The position numbers were made by a program, and so were the translations under genes. From assembly GCF_037042905.1 (NCBI RefSeq), contig NC_087251.1, positions 4,404,001 through 4,468,000 on the forward strand: 64,000 nucleotides of DNA. The letters are read 5' to 3'. Of the stretch, positions 41,561 through 55,005 are shown one piece after another (within the stretch, counting starts at the first letter, position 1; each line of letters opens with the position of its first letter). The notes under the pieces were generated by a model, which was given only the letters and a program-made list of their open reading frames with translations, had not been told where the DNA came from and made no database searches. Origin of the DNA: Lytechinus pictus. Its lineage: Eukaryota.

Positions 41561-42040
41561 CATCTGAACTATGATATGCAAGTTATTTAATATTCGTTAC
41601 GATACAAGCATCTATATGTAACACACCTGGTACAAAAGTAGAATTACGTATGTGTGATAAAGTCACCCTTAGCTTATGAAAGGAAAGGATAATATTTATT
41701 TTACTGACGAAGTTGAGACGTAAGCCGTACGTTATTTATATCAGAGGATAGAGCAAAAGCACGCATTTCTGGCATAATCACTTGGTAATAAAACGGCTCC
41801 CATCTGAACTGTGATATGCAAGTTATTTAATATTCGTTACGATACAAGCACATATATGTAACACACCTGGTACAAAAGTAGAATTACGTATGTGTGATAT
41901 AGTCACCCTTAGCTTATGAAAGGAAAGGATAATATTTATTTTACTGACGAAGTTGAGACGTAAGCCATACGTTATTTATCTCAGAGGATGGAGCAAAAGC
42001 ACGCATTTCTGGCATAATCACTTGGTAATAAAACGGCTCC
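41561..42040. repeat. Direct tandem duplication, 2 x 240 bp
   Basis: 41561-41800 vs 41801-42040 differ at 7 positions by my count. CAT microhomology at the junctions. Confidence 0.95.
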
Positions 42041-42354
42041 CATGTCTAAAATTCTTTCCATAACACCATCCCCTTATTGAGTTTATTTTACTGAAGAGAA
42101 GAAACACCGTAATAGAGCGTGCTGTGGAATATGCATATTGGTCAGATGTTTTCTGATGATTGAAAAAACGAAAGGTTTTTATGCAATTCCTGACATTAGC
42201 TGAAAGAGGCAAACGCGAGCAAATTATAATTATTCATTTTAACAAGAAAGAAAGACAATAGGTAGCTAGAGAGAGATAGAGAAGGATAAAGACAATGAGA
42301 GAGAGAGATATACCTCAGTATATATTCGGCTGTTATGACAAGATGTTTCTGGTA

Positions 42355-42550
42355 CACTCTTAAAAATGTTGGGCAACATACGGTCCACACAACAATTGGT
42401 TAAAACTTTATCCAATTCTGGGTAGTTTTACACCAATACTGTGTAGTTTTCACCCAAAGCACACATTATTGGTGTAAAACTACCCAGAATTGGATAAAGT
42501 TTTAACCAATTGTTGTGTGGACCGTATGTTGCCCAACATTTTTAAGAGTG
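42355..42550. mobile_element. Palindromic MITE with CACT..AGTG termini and TA flanks (CACTA/EnSpm-like)
   Basis: Perfect 84-bp TIRs (42355-42438 / 42467-42550), 28-bp spacer, TA on both sides. Confidence 0.9.
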
Positions 42551-45500
42551 TATATATACATGTGTACCTATAAGTCTAAATAATAAAAGCGTTGTAGGCG
42601 TTGGCGAGGTCTAATCAATTTGCATGAAAATAATGTGTAAAACGGACATCACCAGTCACCTGGCTAAGATGTGTTCTTTCGGGTTAGTTTTATACACTTG
42701 ATATGACTCTTTATTTTGCTTTACATTTTGTTACATTTGCATAGAATTAGGAATGAAATGCCATTCTCCCATGGTCATATGCTTGTCTAGTGGTAATGTA
42801 AGTACAGAACATATCTTCAATTCACCAACTGAAAAAAGGGAACATTTGTACATGTAAATTATGAAGTTGTTAAGTAGTAATAGTCCAGTGCAATTAAAAT
42901 TTTTTTTCCTATGTAAACTAAGGTTTGGCTTAATCAATGTAAACCAGGGAAATTGATGCGAGGTGTTTTGGCTGTTTCAGGAAAAAAAACTAATTCAGAA
43001 AAAAATAATTGGTTATAATTCAATAAATCTTTTAACCAATAACCTGGGATAAATGAACCTTTTTTTTTAACCAAATATTGTTTACTATTTTGTTAAAATA
43101 ATCCGATTGTCAAGGAATACCTCAGTTATGTCAAAGAAAAAGACCTTTATTAGTTACAATTGTTTTCCTAAATGAAAATTAAAAGATTTAAAATATTAAG
43201 CTGGTATGGATAATTTCCGGTATCAATTCCAAATCATTTAATGGTATGATGGCAATGAGCTCTGATTTTCTTCGAGTTTATTCGTCATTGTTTCTTACTA
43301 AACCGATGAGCCTGGAATTTTCAGCGATGTTTATGTATAATTATGTATTTATCTTTAAAGATCTTAATTTATCATAACATTATTCAGTTGTGTATATCGG
43401 TTATGGATAAAATATAGCACGACGAAGAAATGAACTTAATGAAGTCATAGTATGATAAAGACGCAGGTGTTTAATCAGGGCAAGTTTATGTAATGCGTTC
43501 CCTTACGTAATGTAGCACAAGAAAACAAACTAAAGAGAAAGGAAAATTTCATTCAATACTGCTAATGCTGAATTTGATTCGTTAGTTGATGAACCCATTG
43601 TCTTAAAGTTGGAAAAGAGGATAAGGTCAAGAAAAAAAAAAGAAAAACCCCTGAAATTTACAACTCTTTAACATATTCTATCACTTCACAATCCGATTCG
43701 TAATCTTCTGAAAATCTAAAATTTCCACAGAGCGAAGCAATGCAGTCTTGATAAGATATGAACCCATCAGTGGATCCTTTCATGAAGCTATTTCTCAATG
43801 ATTTTCCACAGACGGCTGTTTTAAGCTACCAAAACAATTGCACCATATAGCAGCTTCGTCGTTTAAATTCTACTTAACCATTACCCTGACCAATATTGCT
43901 GACGAGAAAGGCAGAGAGTGAGAGATAAAGAGACAGGTAGTGGGTGGGGATAAAATAATAAGGCAAAATAGCATAAAAATAAAGGCGGCTTTTGTGAAGA
44001 AACGCGTATATATTTTGTGATAAAAGAAAGGCTTGTCAGAATTAAGACTAGCGATTGGAAACAATCAGTCTGTGACTCGATAAAGATTGCTTTAGACATT
44101 GTTCTGTAAGCAATCAATCAGTCATGATACGAGTTAAGTCATGTGTATGATGGTGTTCTTGATCTGATCTGTCGGTTTGGGATAGTCAAATCATGTAAGT
44201 TTTGCCACGGCGACCTCGTGAGGCCTCGTCTTTAGAAACTATATGTAAGGAAGAAGGATTTATGTTTAGAATGGGATAATGCTACAAAGTTATTCAGTTA
44301 CACGCTTTCTATGTCACCAGAGATTAAGTTAATCACTTTTTTTTATCATTCTCAATATGACGATTTTAACACATTTTGCCCTGCAATTTACAGAGTTATG
44401 TGATATTTCAACTAACATATAATTGTACATAAAACTATAAACCCATTATACCGGTAGTTCACAAAATGAATTAAGTCAATTGCAGATTCGTCTTCATTAT
44501 TGCTGAATATGATTTTTCAGATAAACAGCTGAATAATTCATTAATACAATGTTGTTTGATTTTCGGTTCTTACAATTATTACATCGATCTGCTTTGAAAC
44601 AAATTATCTAAGAAAATCTGTAGAAGTTAATATCGTTTATTTTGTGTTTTCTTATCAAATGTTAGAAAAAAATCACTGTCTTAAAAAACAAGCAAACCCC
44701 AAAATACCTTTGTTGATATTTGGATCCTGGAAAACATAAAAAATAAATAATTTTCAACTCCTCATTAATTTTTCTTGAAATATGTTTATTGATACCCCCG
44801 AAGTATTCGATCATAAATGAAGAATCACTCCCTCCATGTTCAAGTGTAGGATTGACCCACCAGGAGCTGATATTGTCTTAATCACCTGCAGACTGGAACA
44901 GGGTGATACAAAGAATTCGAGTAGATAATGGGATCAAGACATTACTTGCGACAGGGAGTATCTCACGATGCAGCTTTTTTTTGTTCTACATCATCCTACC
45001 AGAGGCATGAACTACACCATCAGTAGCGTTATGAGCCAGGGAGCAGGTTTGACAAATGGGGTAAAATTTTGTGACCATTAAAAACTTAATTTTATGATAG
45101 ATTTCGACAAACTGATAATGTAATAAAATATTTCACAAAGACCAATAATTTATGATACATATATGCACTCTTCAAAAAGGTTTTTCCTCATGGATGAGAG
45201 GTTAAGAGGGATATGTGCAGATTTGCTAAGTAAAATAACACAAACTGCTCCGTAAACTGTTTCGAAATGTTATGAGAAAATGCAACCTTAAAATATTTTT
45301 ATTTGATACTTAGCCAACCAATATACGTGTATTTTTAATCTAATCATTTTTTAGAATGTTAATCGTGTTTTATGAGAAGCAAGAATAGACCATTATATGA
45401 TTAAAAGTCTAACTTAAATCAAATGTTCCTTCGCAGTTGTCCCATCTGTCGAATGAAAGTACAGCAGAGTAATTTGATACGAAATTATAATCGTTTTACA

Positions 45501-47102
45501 TTATACATTTGAACAAAAATCTAAATGACACTGGAAGTTGATATTTTTCTGTTAGTGATGTAAAGATATAACGGTAGCGAGTCTAGAGATCTCTAGAGAG
45601 TAGGATGATAATGGCCATCATCCTACAAGGAATATACATGATACATTCTTTATCAGTATGTAATCTGAAGAAAGTATAGAGTTTCCACCGTCCAGTAACG
45701 ATCCAAAACCCAGTTTCTCTTCACCGGAATGAAAATAAAATGTGACATCAGATTTTTCGTCTGCCTTCCAATTCTGGAATTGTTTCATTTTTTTTATTTT
45801 TATTTATTTTTATTTTTTTTTTTTTTGGGGGGGGGGGGGTCATCGAACTGCCATAACTGGGAATGACTGCTTCTCCCTCGTTATAAAGACAGTCCCTCAG
45901 GCATATGTTACTTAGGCTAAATAAGAGCAATCGCTTCTGAAGATTGGCAAAGCTGGAAAGAAGAAGGAGGTATAGGGGGCAGTCGTTGATGAAAAGTGAC
46001 TTATGTAAGCGGCAGCGCCTAGATTTGGAAGCGGAACTGTAGAGGCGATGATCAGTGGTGATGATTGTCAGCCGAGCAACTACGAGGTTCTAAACCATTT
46101 CTTAGATTATTATCGCACTCATGTCTACCCTTCTAAAAACTCGTTTTGTTGAAACTTGAGTGAAGTAAGATACACTAGGAATCGCACTGAGAAGAATGCA
46201 ATTTGTCACTTTGAGAGTAGTGGATGCGAGTGGATAAATGTGAGTGATCAGGTATATATAAACATATGTAAGCACAACAAAGTTGTTTCCGGGGAAATTC
46301 TGCGGAACAGCACATTAAAGCTATCTACATATACACTTCATTATAAACATATATAACAACATGCATGAAAATATTAAAAATAAAAGACATATCAAGAGCT
46401 TCAATACTTTGTAAAAATATAGTAAGGAATACTTGTAATGGAGAGTTATTTTTAAACAGGTAAAATTAATTCTTCTGTAATTCTAAAGGTATTCACCGTG
46501 AGAAGAAAATACAATTTGTCAAGATTGTTATCACAATCATGTTATTGTTATCATGACTTGTTTTTCCTTTGTTTTTAAAGAGTTATCCTTTATTGTTTGT
46601 TCGCATATGTTTAATTGTTCCAGGCCTTCTGTATATTACAACATTTTCAATATCAATATATTGTTATGTTATCAGAAATAGTAGAAATGGAAAACCAGGG
46701 GAAGATTGATTGTGGCGGTTATGATGAAAAGGGCTTTATAAATCATTAACAGATAGGATTACCAGCAGACCGCCTAAAACATGACATGTTGATTCCCCTG
46801 AGGGATACTTTAAACATTATTTCGTTGTATCTTAGCAGTCAGATCAAAATATATTCATGACATTTGGATAAGATGGGACATATGGCATAACATTTCACCG
46901 GGGATCAACTGCAGGGAGCACCTGCCTTAAGTAAACATAGACTCTTCCCCATCATTTTACTATTGACTTATGAAACATAAGAGGCAGCGGGTTGTGGGAG
47001 GGGCGAGATGGGTGTTAGAGGAAGACACTTTAAATCATTGTGTCCATAATGATGTTAAAAAAAGTTCCCGACGTGTGAGTTAGCATTCTTTCTACATTCG
47101 AC

Positions 47103-47944
47103 TAGTGTGTTTATGCTTCCATTGCGAGGACAGAATCAGCGTTTTCAAACGTCGATTCAAAACACCGATCGTAAACGTGGTTCTGGGAGTGCTGTTTATG
47201 CTTCACTTTTCAGAGGCGAAATCACGAACTCCAGCTGGCTTCGCATCGTAATTTTCGTTGAGCAGGAAAGCGAGGTCAAATTGGGCGCGCCCTTTTTCGA
47301 AATTTTTTTTTCCCGAAAGTTATGGGGAATGTACGTTGACTGTTATTTAAACATCGAACAATTTCCGATATGGAGCTACTTGACATAGCCATCTATTTTC
47401 CACCATGGTGAGGATAATAGTGAGAAAAAATAAAGAATATTAAAGTATACATAATATAATAAAACATCTATTTGTTTATGGGCATCTGGCGATGTCTCCT
47501 CATAATAACTCATGTTCCAGGTTTTTTTTTGGTAAATCCCTCAACATTCATCGTGATGACAAATTGGAAGAGTAATACTAGTGATAGTACTTAAATCAGT
47601 TATCACACATGCAAATGTAACAAGGGAGATGAGAGGTAATTCCGTGGAGGTAACATGCGAGCATGGAGCAATGCGACTGTATTTGCCCGCGGATTTTCAT
47701 CTCACCGGAAGCATGCACCAAATGACGTCATTTAAACACGTTTACGATCGTGGTTCTGTTTATACTTCCCCAGAAAGCCTGATTCTGGTCAAACGACGTT
47801 TACAAACGCACCTTTTTGTGAGTTTACGATCGGCGTTTTGAAACAGCGTTTAAATGAAAGTAAGCATGGACGCAACCGTGTTTTGGACTAATCACGTTTG
47901 GAAACGCTGATTCTGGCCTGAAAAGTGGAAGCATAAACACGGCC
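47103..47944. mobile_element. Harbinger-like non-autonomous element
   Basis: GTGTTTATGCTTCCA..CAGAATCAGCGTTT.CAAACGT at left vs ACGTTTGGAAACGCTGATTCTG..TGGAAGCATAAACACGGCC at right. Subterminal copies of GTTTATGCTTC. Confidence 0.75.
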
Positions 47945-50382
47945 TTAAGTAGTTTAGTTATCTCTGTTCTTCATGTCTAAAACTTAAAAGGACACGTTAA
48001 GACTACAATAACAGTAAACTTATGGTGACAGAGCGAAGCAACCGAGCCAAAATTCAAATCAATATAGGCCTATCTAATGTTGCTGAATGTACGAATGCTC
48101 GGTAATAATAATGCACAATACAGCTTCTCGGAAGTGTTGCAAAGAAAGAGGACGCTTCTTTTGAATCTACCTGTATTAACACGATGGCAGATTTTTTCTT
48201 AGTATGGTGAATGAATCAGAACTTCACTTGCATTGGAGCAAATGAAATTTTCACTACCTTTCAACCCAATGACAAAACCTATGCGACCAGTTTGAAAAAA
48301 AATCCCAGAAGACTTTAAAATCAGAGCTATCTTTTTTATTGTCTGATTTTGTTCAAAATTTCAGCAATCTGCGTAAGTTGCGTTAAATTACAATTTGACT
48401 ATAAAAATTCACATTATTATGTCTGGTGTCTATTTTGTGCAACTCAAACGTATCCTATTTAGCAAGTAATACCATTTTTACGCGTTTTAGTAGTGCATTA
48501 TATTTCCCCAGGTTATTTTTCATAGCTTAAATTTTTTTTTACAATAATCTTTACAAGTCTTTGCTAAATCAGTATTTACAGAGAGCAACGAGAAAGCAAT
48601 GAAGGAAGGAGGGAGGTTAAATGCGGCGCCAAGCTCTAAATCAAAATGATCATTCCCTTTTCATTATTCATAACGATATACGAATCAATGAAGGAAATAT
48701 TTGCAAAGTGAGTAAGCGTATGGAACGTTGAGGCACGTGACGGGTAACACCATCCACGTTTCTTCGGTGGTCATATTACCCTTGAACTTGACACAAATAA
48801 TCGAAAAGGAGACATTCAACTTGAGCCAAAGCTACATGTTATGAGCATTCCCGTATAGACTAATCAATCATACAGTACGGCCGGTCTGTGATTTTGGTGA
48901 ATTATTTAAACATCTACTGCCGTTTAACAAAGGTTTTTACACTCGTCTTATCAATCTATGTAATCTTACACAGAGCCAATGGAACAAGCTTCTGAAGGAG
49001 ACACAATTTTTGTCAACTATGGCGCCGCTATCTCATGGCGGACTACACATTGGACCTGCGGGTGGGAGCTGCAGTTATCCTTGGAGAATTTTTGAGAGAT
49101 CGGTGCTGCAATATGGATTTCCGTTTCAAAACCAATAACATGTTAATGAACTAAATGAAAATATATATACTGAATCAGAGAGGGGTAAATCGTTTTGCAA
49201 TTCTGTATTAATAATAATGTTCTATCCCCAGGCGTGCTATAACATCGCACTATTGTCAGCGAAAGGACGATTCTTCAATTAAGTAGTTTCATATTCTGCA
49301 GTAGTGTAGTTATAAAGATGAAAATTTAAGAACCCTTTTATACTTGACGCGTCCGAAAAAAAGGTTTAGTTGCTAGGTCAACACCCTCTCGCCCGGCATA
49401 CAGATAATTAATTTGCGATTTATTTGATTGAGAAGTAAAACTATAAAAAATAGCTAGACTATTAAAACCCGGCAAGATAAAAAGCAAGACGATGTAACAA
49501 TATGTTTCAATTAATCAGCAACCTCTAACAAATAACGATTGGATAACAATCGCCCAATTAAATGTATCAGGATGCTGCAAACAGAATATATATAAAATTA
49601 TTATTAATGTATCATTGCCGTGCAATGGTATCTTCCATGGAATCCTTGCTTCTGATTGGCTGTTGATCAGCGTTACCATTGGATTGCAAAGTTACCATAA
49701 TAGTAACTTTAACGCAACGGAGCCGTAAATTCATATTTTAGTGTGTACGTGCGCGCGTATTGATCACTAAATAAACAAAGAAATATCATAAAGTCGTTAC
49801 TAATAACGGTTACCATGGTTACGAATATCAACGTTTTCCCAATATAACATAGGTGCACTGCAACATAGTTCAGAGTTTCTTAATCCTATTTTGTCGAATT
49901 ATATTTTTCTTTGCAATATTCATTTCTTTCTGAGTCAAAAGTCTCGAAAATCTTAGTTAAAAACAACAAATAATATTTCGAATGCCATCATAAATCCAAT
50001 CGTCTATCTTGTTACATACAGTGCAGTGGTGCTCAAAATTTAATGAACCCCACCAGAAAATTAACATATCTAAAGTGTTCAAGCTCTCCCATATTTAAGA
50101 TATTTGTTTGTAAACTCAGGTGATAAAATATTACAATCAATAAAGTTTATTTCTCTGGGCTTGCGGAACAATGTAGTGTTGTCTACATTCAACACTAACC
50201 ATAAAGGAGTGCATTTTCTGTTGGGGTTAACTAACTTTTGAGCACAACTGTTTATATAATATGTCCTTTCTTTCTCAAACAAGACTGATTAATTGTCATA
50301 CTTCTTATTGCTAAGTGAAATAACAACGTATCTCATAATTTCTAACTCTCTCCATGTATTTTTAAATTCTTTTGTCTTTTAG

Positions 50383-50758
50383 ATACCTTGTGATCATCCA
50401 TCCTCTGAGAGCGCGATCCTTCAACACCCGTTCAAGAGCTCTTCGGACTATTGTCATCATCTGGCTCGCTCCTCTTGTCATCCTTTCCCCGTACTTCTAC
50501 CCTTATGAAGTCCTCCGCTACCACTTCCAGAGCGAGATGGGATTAATCCGTCGAGAAATCTGTAGTGATCGATTCTTTGATATCAGTCCTGCCTTCTCCA
50601 AGGCTTACAATCTGTTTCTGTTCGGGGTGTTATTCTTGGTACCAGTCATCTTACTTGGGTTCACCTGTGGCTCTATTTCAAAGCGGCTCATGAGCCTGAA
50701 TGAAGATGAAAAAATGCTCAAGAATTCGGTCAGGAAAGAAGATGCAAGCAGAAGAAAG
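50383..50758 (+). CDS. Class A neuropeptide-type GPCR, second coding exon (ICL2, TM4, ECL2, TM5, ICL3)
   Basis: (R)YLVIIHPLRAR, TM4 IW....P, ECL2 Cys (REICSD), TM5 FLVP, basic RRK before TM6. Donor AAG|GTAAAT at 50759 (phase 0). Confidence 0.92.
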
Positions 50759-52069
50759 GTAAATGACAACACAAAAGTCTTCACTTGGATTTTTGTAATA
50801 AAAAGTCTGTATACTATGAACATGAATATAGCGGTGACTTCGTAGATGTTTTTAAGATTTATTCCTACATCCTTCGTGCATACAAGAAAGTGCAAAAAAT
50901 TTTTTTTATTTAACTTACTCGCGGACTGGAAAGTCTTTCTGGACATCCCCCTCCCATCGGTAAACAAAATATAATCTTTTTATTATGAACATGATAAGGG
51001 AGCAAAATGTTTAATTTGTAGCAAACCGATGATGAGTTAAGCTCTACTTTACGTGCAAAATGCACCACCGTTGAGATATTCATTTAGCTTTTTAAGGATG
51101 CAAAATATTACATTTTCGTAACCCTAGTTTGTTAAGTATGTACATTAAGCTATTGGTAATGGCAGTGTGCTTCATGTACACAGGCTGTTATCATGTAAAT
51201 ACAAAGAGATACAAGAAAAATGAAACTAAAGTCTGCAATTCTCGAGCAGAAAGATCTTTGAAGCAGTGAAGTTAGAATTAGATGATAAAGAGTTAATACT
51301 TATACGAAACCTAAATTGCTATGTGTATGCCGATCTGATTATTATGACAAGAATCCGTGATGCAAATGGTATTTACTGCCCGTTACAGTAACTCCTAAAA
51401 TCCACTTGTCTTAAAACCTTTATAGATTACTTTATATTTATTGTGTTTATGATGTGTATTCCTCGCTATGCTGAGTAAAGATATTTTCCATTTAAAATTT
51501 GAAATGGCAAATTCTTCTTTTGTAGCACATCGTAAAAAATAATAAACATGTTGTCAATTTATGCTAAAAAAACTTTTTTTTCGGTTATGTTATTCTCAAA
51601 ACTGTTTTTTTTTTTGCCGTTGTTGTCTTCATCAAAATGCTTATTAGTCAGGTCCAGATTTTAAAAAATGTGCTCAGAAAAAGTGCTTTAGGCATTTTGT
51701 GTTAATGCTGATTTATCAATTGTTTTAAGGTAATTCAGGGGTGCTGAATCCAAAAATGTTGTTTGCCAAACTTGATTCCGACGTTTTCATCCTCAAATCG
51801 GCAAAAAACAAAATGGCGGCATTTTAAAAGCAATTTCCCATATTAAACGATTTTTATGGGTGATTGTATTTCAGAAATTGGGATCTACGCGTTATTTTCG
51901 ATACCCAGGGTTGAAAACATAATGTGTCCGATCGATTGATTCGTCAGCCATCTTTAATTCCAAGATGGCTGCCATGATTCACAGCTGCTGATTGATAAAT
52001 AATATGGCCAATAGATAATTTTGGGGCGATGCTGGCATATTCACATTGTGATATCTTTAACGTGTCCGC

Positions 52070-52240
52070 CATTTTTTCCTTGCCTGCACAGCAGAAGCAT
52101 GATATGGACGTCGCTTTTCCGACGGCGGCGATGATCATGGCGGCGGCGAAATCAACATCAAATCTTAACTGGGATTAAGTTTTTGAAATGTCATAACTTT
52201 TAGGGTATAGATGTCTTTTTCATGAAACTTAGGCATGTTA
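52070..52240 (-). mobile_element. Fragment of the repeat family at 31745-32290, nested in the TAG..CTA element
   Basis: GACGTCGCTTTTCCGACGGCGGCG..AAATCTTAAC is a near reverse complement of GTTAAGATTT..CGCCTTCGGAAAAGCGGCGTC at ~32225-32280. Confidence 0.6.
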
Positions 52241-53364
52241 GGATTTTAAAAATCTATTGAGACAGGTAATATAGTTAAAAAAGGTCGTCAAGGTTACCAG
52301 CATGGCGTCCATAACGGCAGCCGTTGTACCATTACCTCCAAAAATAAAGTGAATCCTCAAAATCAAAACCACCAAAAAGCTTTCTAGGCAAATAATGAAT
52401 CAGGACAGGTTTACAAGATAGTGAGTGTGTCAGCGAATCCAAGATGACCTTCCAAACTGACGTCTATAATGGACGTCTGGACATTGTATCTTTGAAATGG
52501 TCCAAATTCATAATATATACACCTGGTAGAAATACCTTTGGGGTCTACCGAGAATAAAATAAAACATATAAAAAAATCATGGTTCCAAAGGGAAAAACTT
52601 ACAATGGAAAAATTTCAAGGTTTATCAGTGGTGCAGTGTTGCAAAAAAAATGATGATGGCCTAAAAGATAGTTGTTTCTTAAAAATCTGGCTGCACTGAG
52701 TGCATATACTATCTACCTAGAAACATTTTTGTGTCTTCCTCATGGTTTCAAAGTTCAAATAATATAGGTGAAGACGAATCACATGGATACAACGTTGTCC
52801 ATTTTGTAAAATAATGAAGAAAGCTAAAAAAATTACATTTGAATTGGCCACCATTAATACAAAAATGACAATACTTCATATCCATTCTAGTGCCACTATT
52901 TTGGTGTCTCTGTTTTTAAGACTTTTTAAATACGTTTTACAAGAATTAGTGACATAATATCATTAGATGGTGGTGCAACAATAAGCAAACATCCGAAAAA
53001 CAAACTTTAAAACTAAGGTACACTTTGCCTAAAAAGTTCCATAATTCACTGTTAAGTATTTCAAGACATGTCATTTATGTGCTTAGGACCATCATATGGT
53101 TTCAAGATTAGGGGACATAAGTCATTTTTACGCAATTTTAGAAGTCGATTTGGACTTTTTACGACAAAAAGAAAAACTGACCATCCTTTTGATTTGTCCC
53201 GATTTATTATTTCAGCCTTCAAACCACAAAAGTGTAGATTTTGTTCACCTAATTATGACTATGTTTAGGTGACGGAAGTCTTTTAGACTCATTGAAAGCG
53301 ATCTTTAAATAATAGGTAAAATAGGCAGCTTCATGCCAATGTTAATTAATCAAAAAAGTATTAT

Positions 53365-54270
53365 TTAACCCTTGAAACCGTAGTGTAGACACCAAAATCA
53401 TATCTCCCAGATGGATTCTAAATAGATTATGTCAATTTTTAAGTATAGCTCTGCCATTTTAGACTCCTTAATTGGAAGCCATCTTTGATTTTTAGACATA
53501 CGGGACCATTGATTGCCCTTGTAACTTATCCTAATGTATTACTTGACCATTTAAACCAAGGTTTAGACAACATAATCATACACCCCAGGCGGATATTAAA
53601 CAAACTATGTCAGTTTTTGGGTAACAATAGCCATTTTAGACTCCAATTTTGGAAGTCTTTTTGAATTCCTGGACATGCTGGACCTCTGGCTGTCCATGTA
53701 ACTTGTCCTAATTTATTACTTGACCCTTTAAACCATGGGTTACAACACCAAATCATATACTCCAGGCTGATATTAAACAAACTATGTCACTTTTTCGGTA
53801 AGAACGGCCTATATAGACTCCATTTTTGGAGCCATTATTGATTTTTGGACATACTGGAACCACTAACTGTCCTTGTAACTTGTCCCAATCTAATACTTGA
53901 CCCTTTAAACCATGCTTTATACTAAAACATCATATTCTTCAGGCGATTATTAAACAAACTGTGTCGGTTTGTAATTAACGACACACATTTTATACTCCAT
54001 TTTTGCAAACTATCTTGGATTTTTGGACATGGAGGACCATAGACTATCTTTGTTACTTGTCCCAACGTATTTCTTGACCCATTAAATGATAGGTTAGGCA
54101 CCAACATATATCCCCAAGGCAGATATTAAACAAACTATGTCGGGTTTTAGGGTTTTTAGATAACAACAGCTATTTTAGACTCCAATTTTGAAAGCCATCT
54201 TGGATTTTTGGAAATAGTGGACCGTTGACTGTCCTTATAACTTGTCCCAGTTTACTTCTTGACCCTTGAA
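53365..54270. repeat. Internal tandem array, ~178-bp unit, about 5 copies
   Basis: CTTGACCCTTTAAACC / GATATTAAACAAACTATGTC / GTAACTTGTCC recur at ~53365, 53541, 53718, 53896, 54073 and 54258. Confidence 0.9.
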
Positions 54271-55005
54271 AATCACCAATGAATAAAACCGAAATAAAAG
54301 ACACTAAAATAGGTAATAGATGAATTGTGAATTTTTAGGCCATGGCAGCCATTTTTACGCAATCTCTGATTTTCAGGTACCATGGAGTGCATATGTTCAC
54401 TCTTTCCTTTCATCCCCTACACCATTGAATACATGTATGCACCGAAAAAAGGTGTCTAGGGTAGAAAAATGCCGGTTATTTTAATTTTCAGTTGATGGCG
54501 GCCATCTTAGACGCCATCTTAAAAATAACCACTTTCCCGGATCCGGATCTCGATGGATTTTTAGTATGTTATTCCTGAGATCAAATAGTACCAAAAATCG
54601 TTGACAAACATTTTTGTTACAAGTTTTGGGGGTCAGAATAGAGTAAAAATGGGTGTAGAATGGCGGCCTTATTGTTTTTGCCAATTTGAGGATTTTAACA
54701 TCAAAATCAAGGTTGGCAAACAGCAAATTTGGACTCAGCGCCCTCGAATTATGCTAAAACACTATTCAATTCAGCATTAACACGATTTGCCTAAGGCAGT
54801 CTTCTTTTCTCAAATCTGGACCTGACTATATTATTCTGATCAATGATAGGTATAAACAATGGTATTCTGTAAATGACCAACGGTTACATTCTCCAGAGTT
54901 TAACATAGAAAACTTATTGCTTGTAATAACTTGAAAATAGATTTAGATTTTTAAAAAAAATTCAGAACTGCAATTGATATATAAAAGTTAGAAAGTCAAA
55001 AAGGG

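Larger units (their letters stand above)
39240..50382 (+). other. GT-AG phase-2 intron of the GPCR gene (11,143 bp), splitting the DRY arginine codon
   Basis: GTAAGT donor; pyrimidine tract TTCTTTTGTCTTTTAG acceptor. CG+A joins to give D-R-Y-L-V-I-I-H-P-L. Confidence 0.9.
51645..54828. mobile_element. Non-autonomous DNA transposon with TAG..CTA termini and 3-bp TSD (Academ-like, tentative)
   Basis: TAT|TAGTCAGGTCCAGATT ... AATCTGGACCTGACTA|TAT. ~170-bp degenerate TIRs. Shares the subterminal AATTC.AGGG.TGCTGA.TCC motif with 21016-23764. Confidence 0.85.

Noticed and set aside
50759..50845. In-frame read-through of exon B to the stop at 50845
   Set aside because: A good AAG|GTAAAT donor lies at the expected pre-TM6 position, and the extension lacks TM6/TM7 motifs.
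50605..50967. 120-aa antisense ORF overlapping GPCR exon B
   Set aside because: A shadow of the coding strand with a non-ATG start and no motif.
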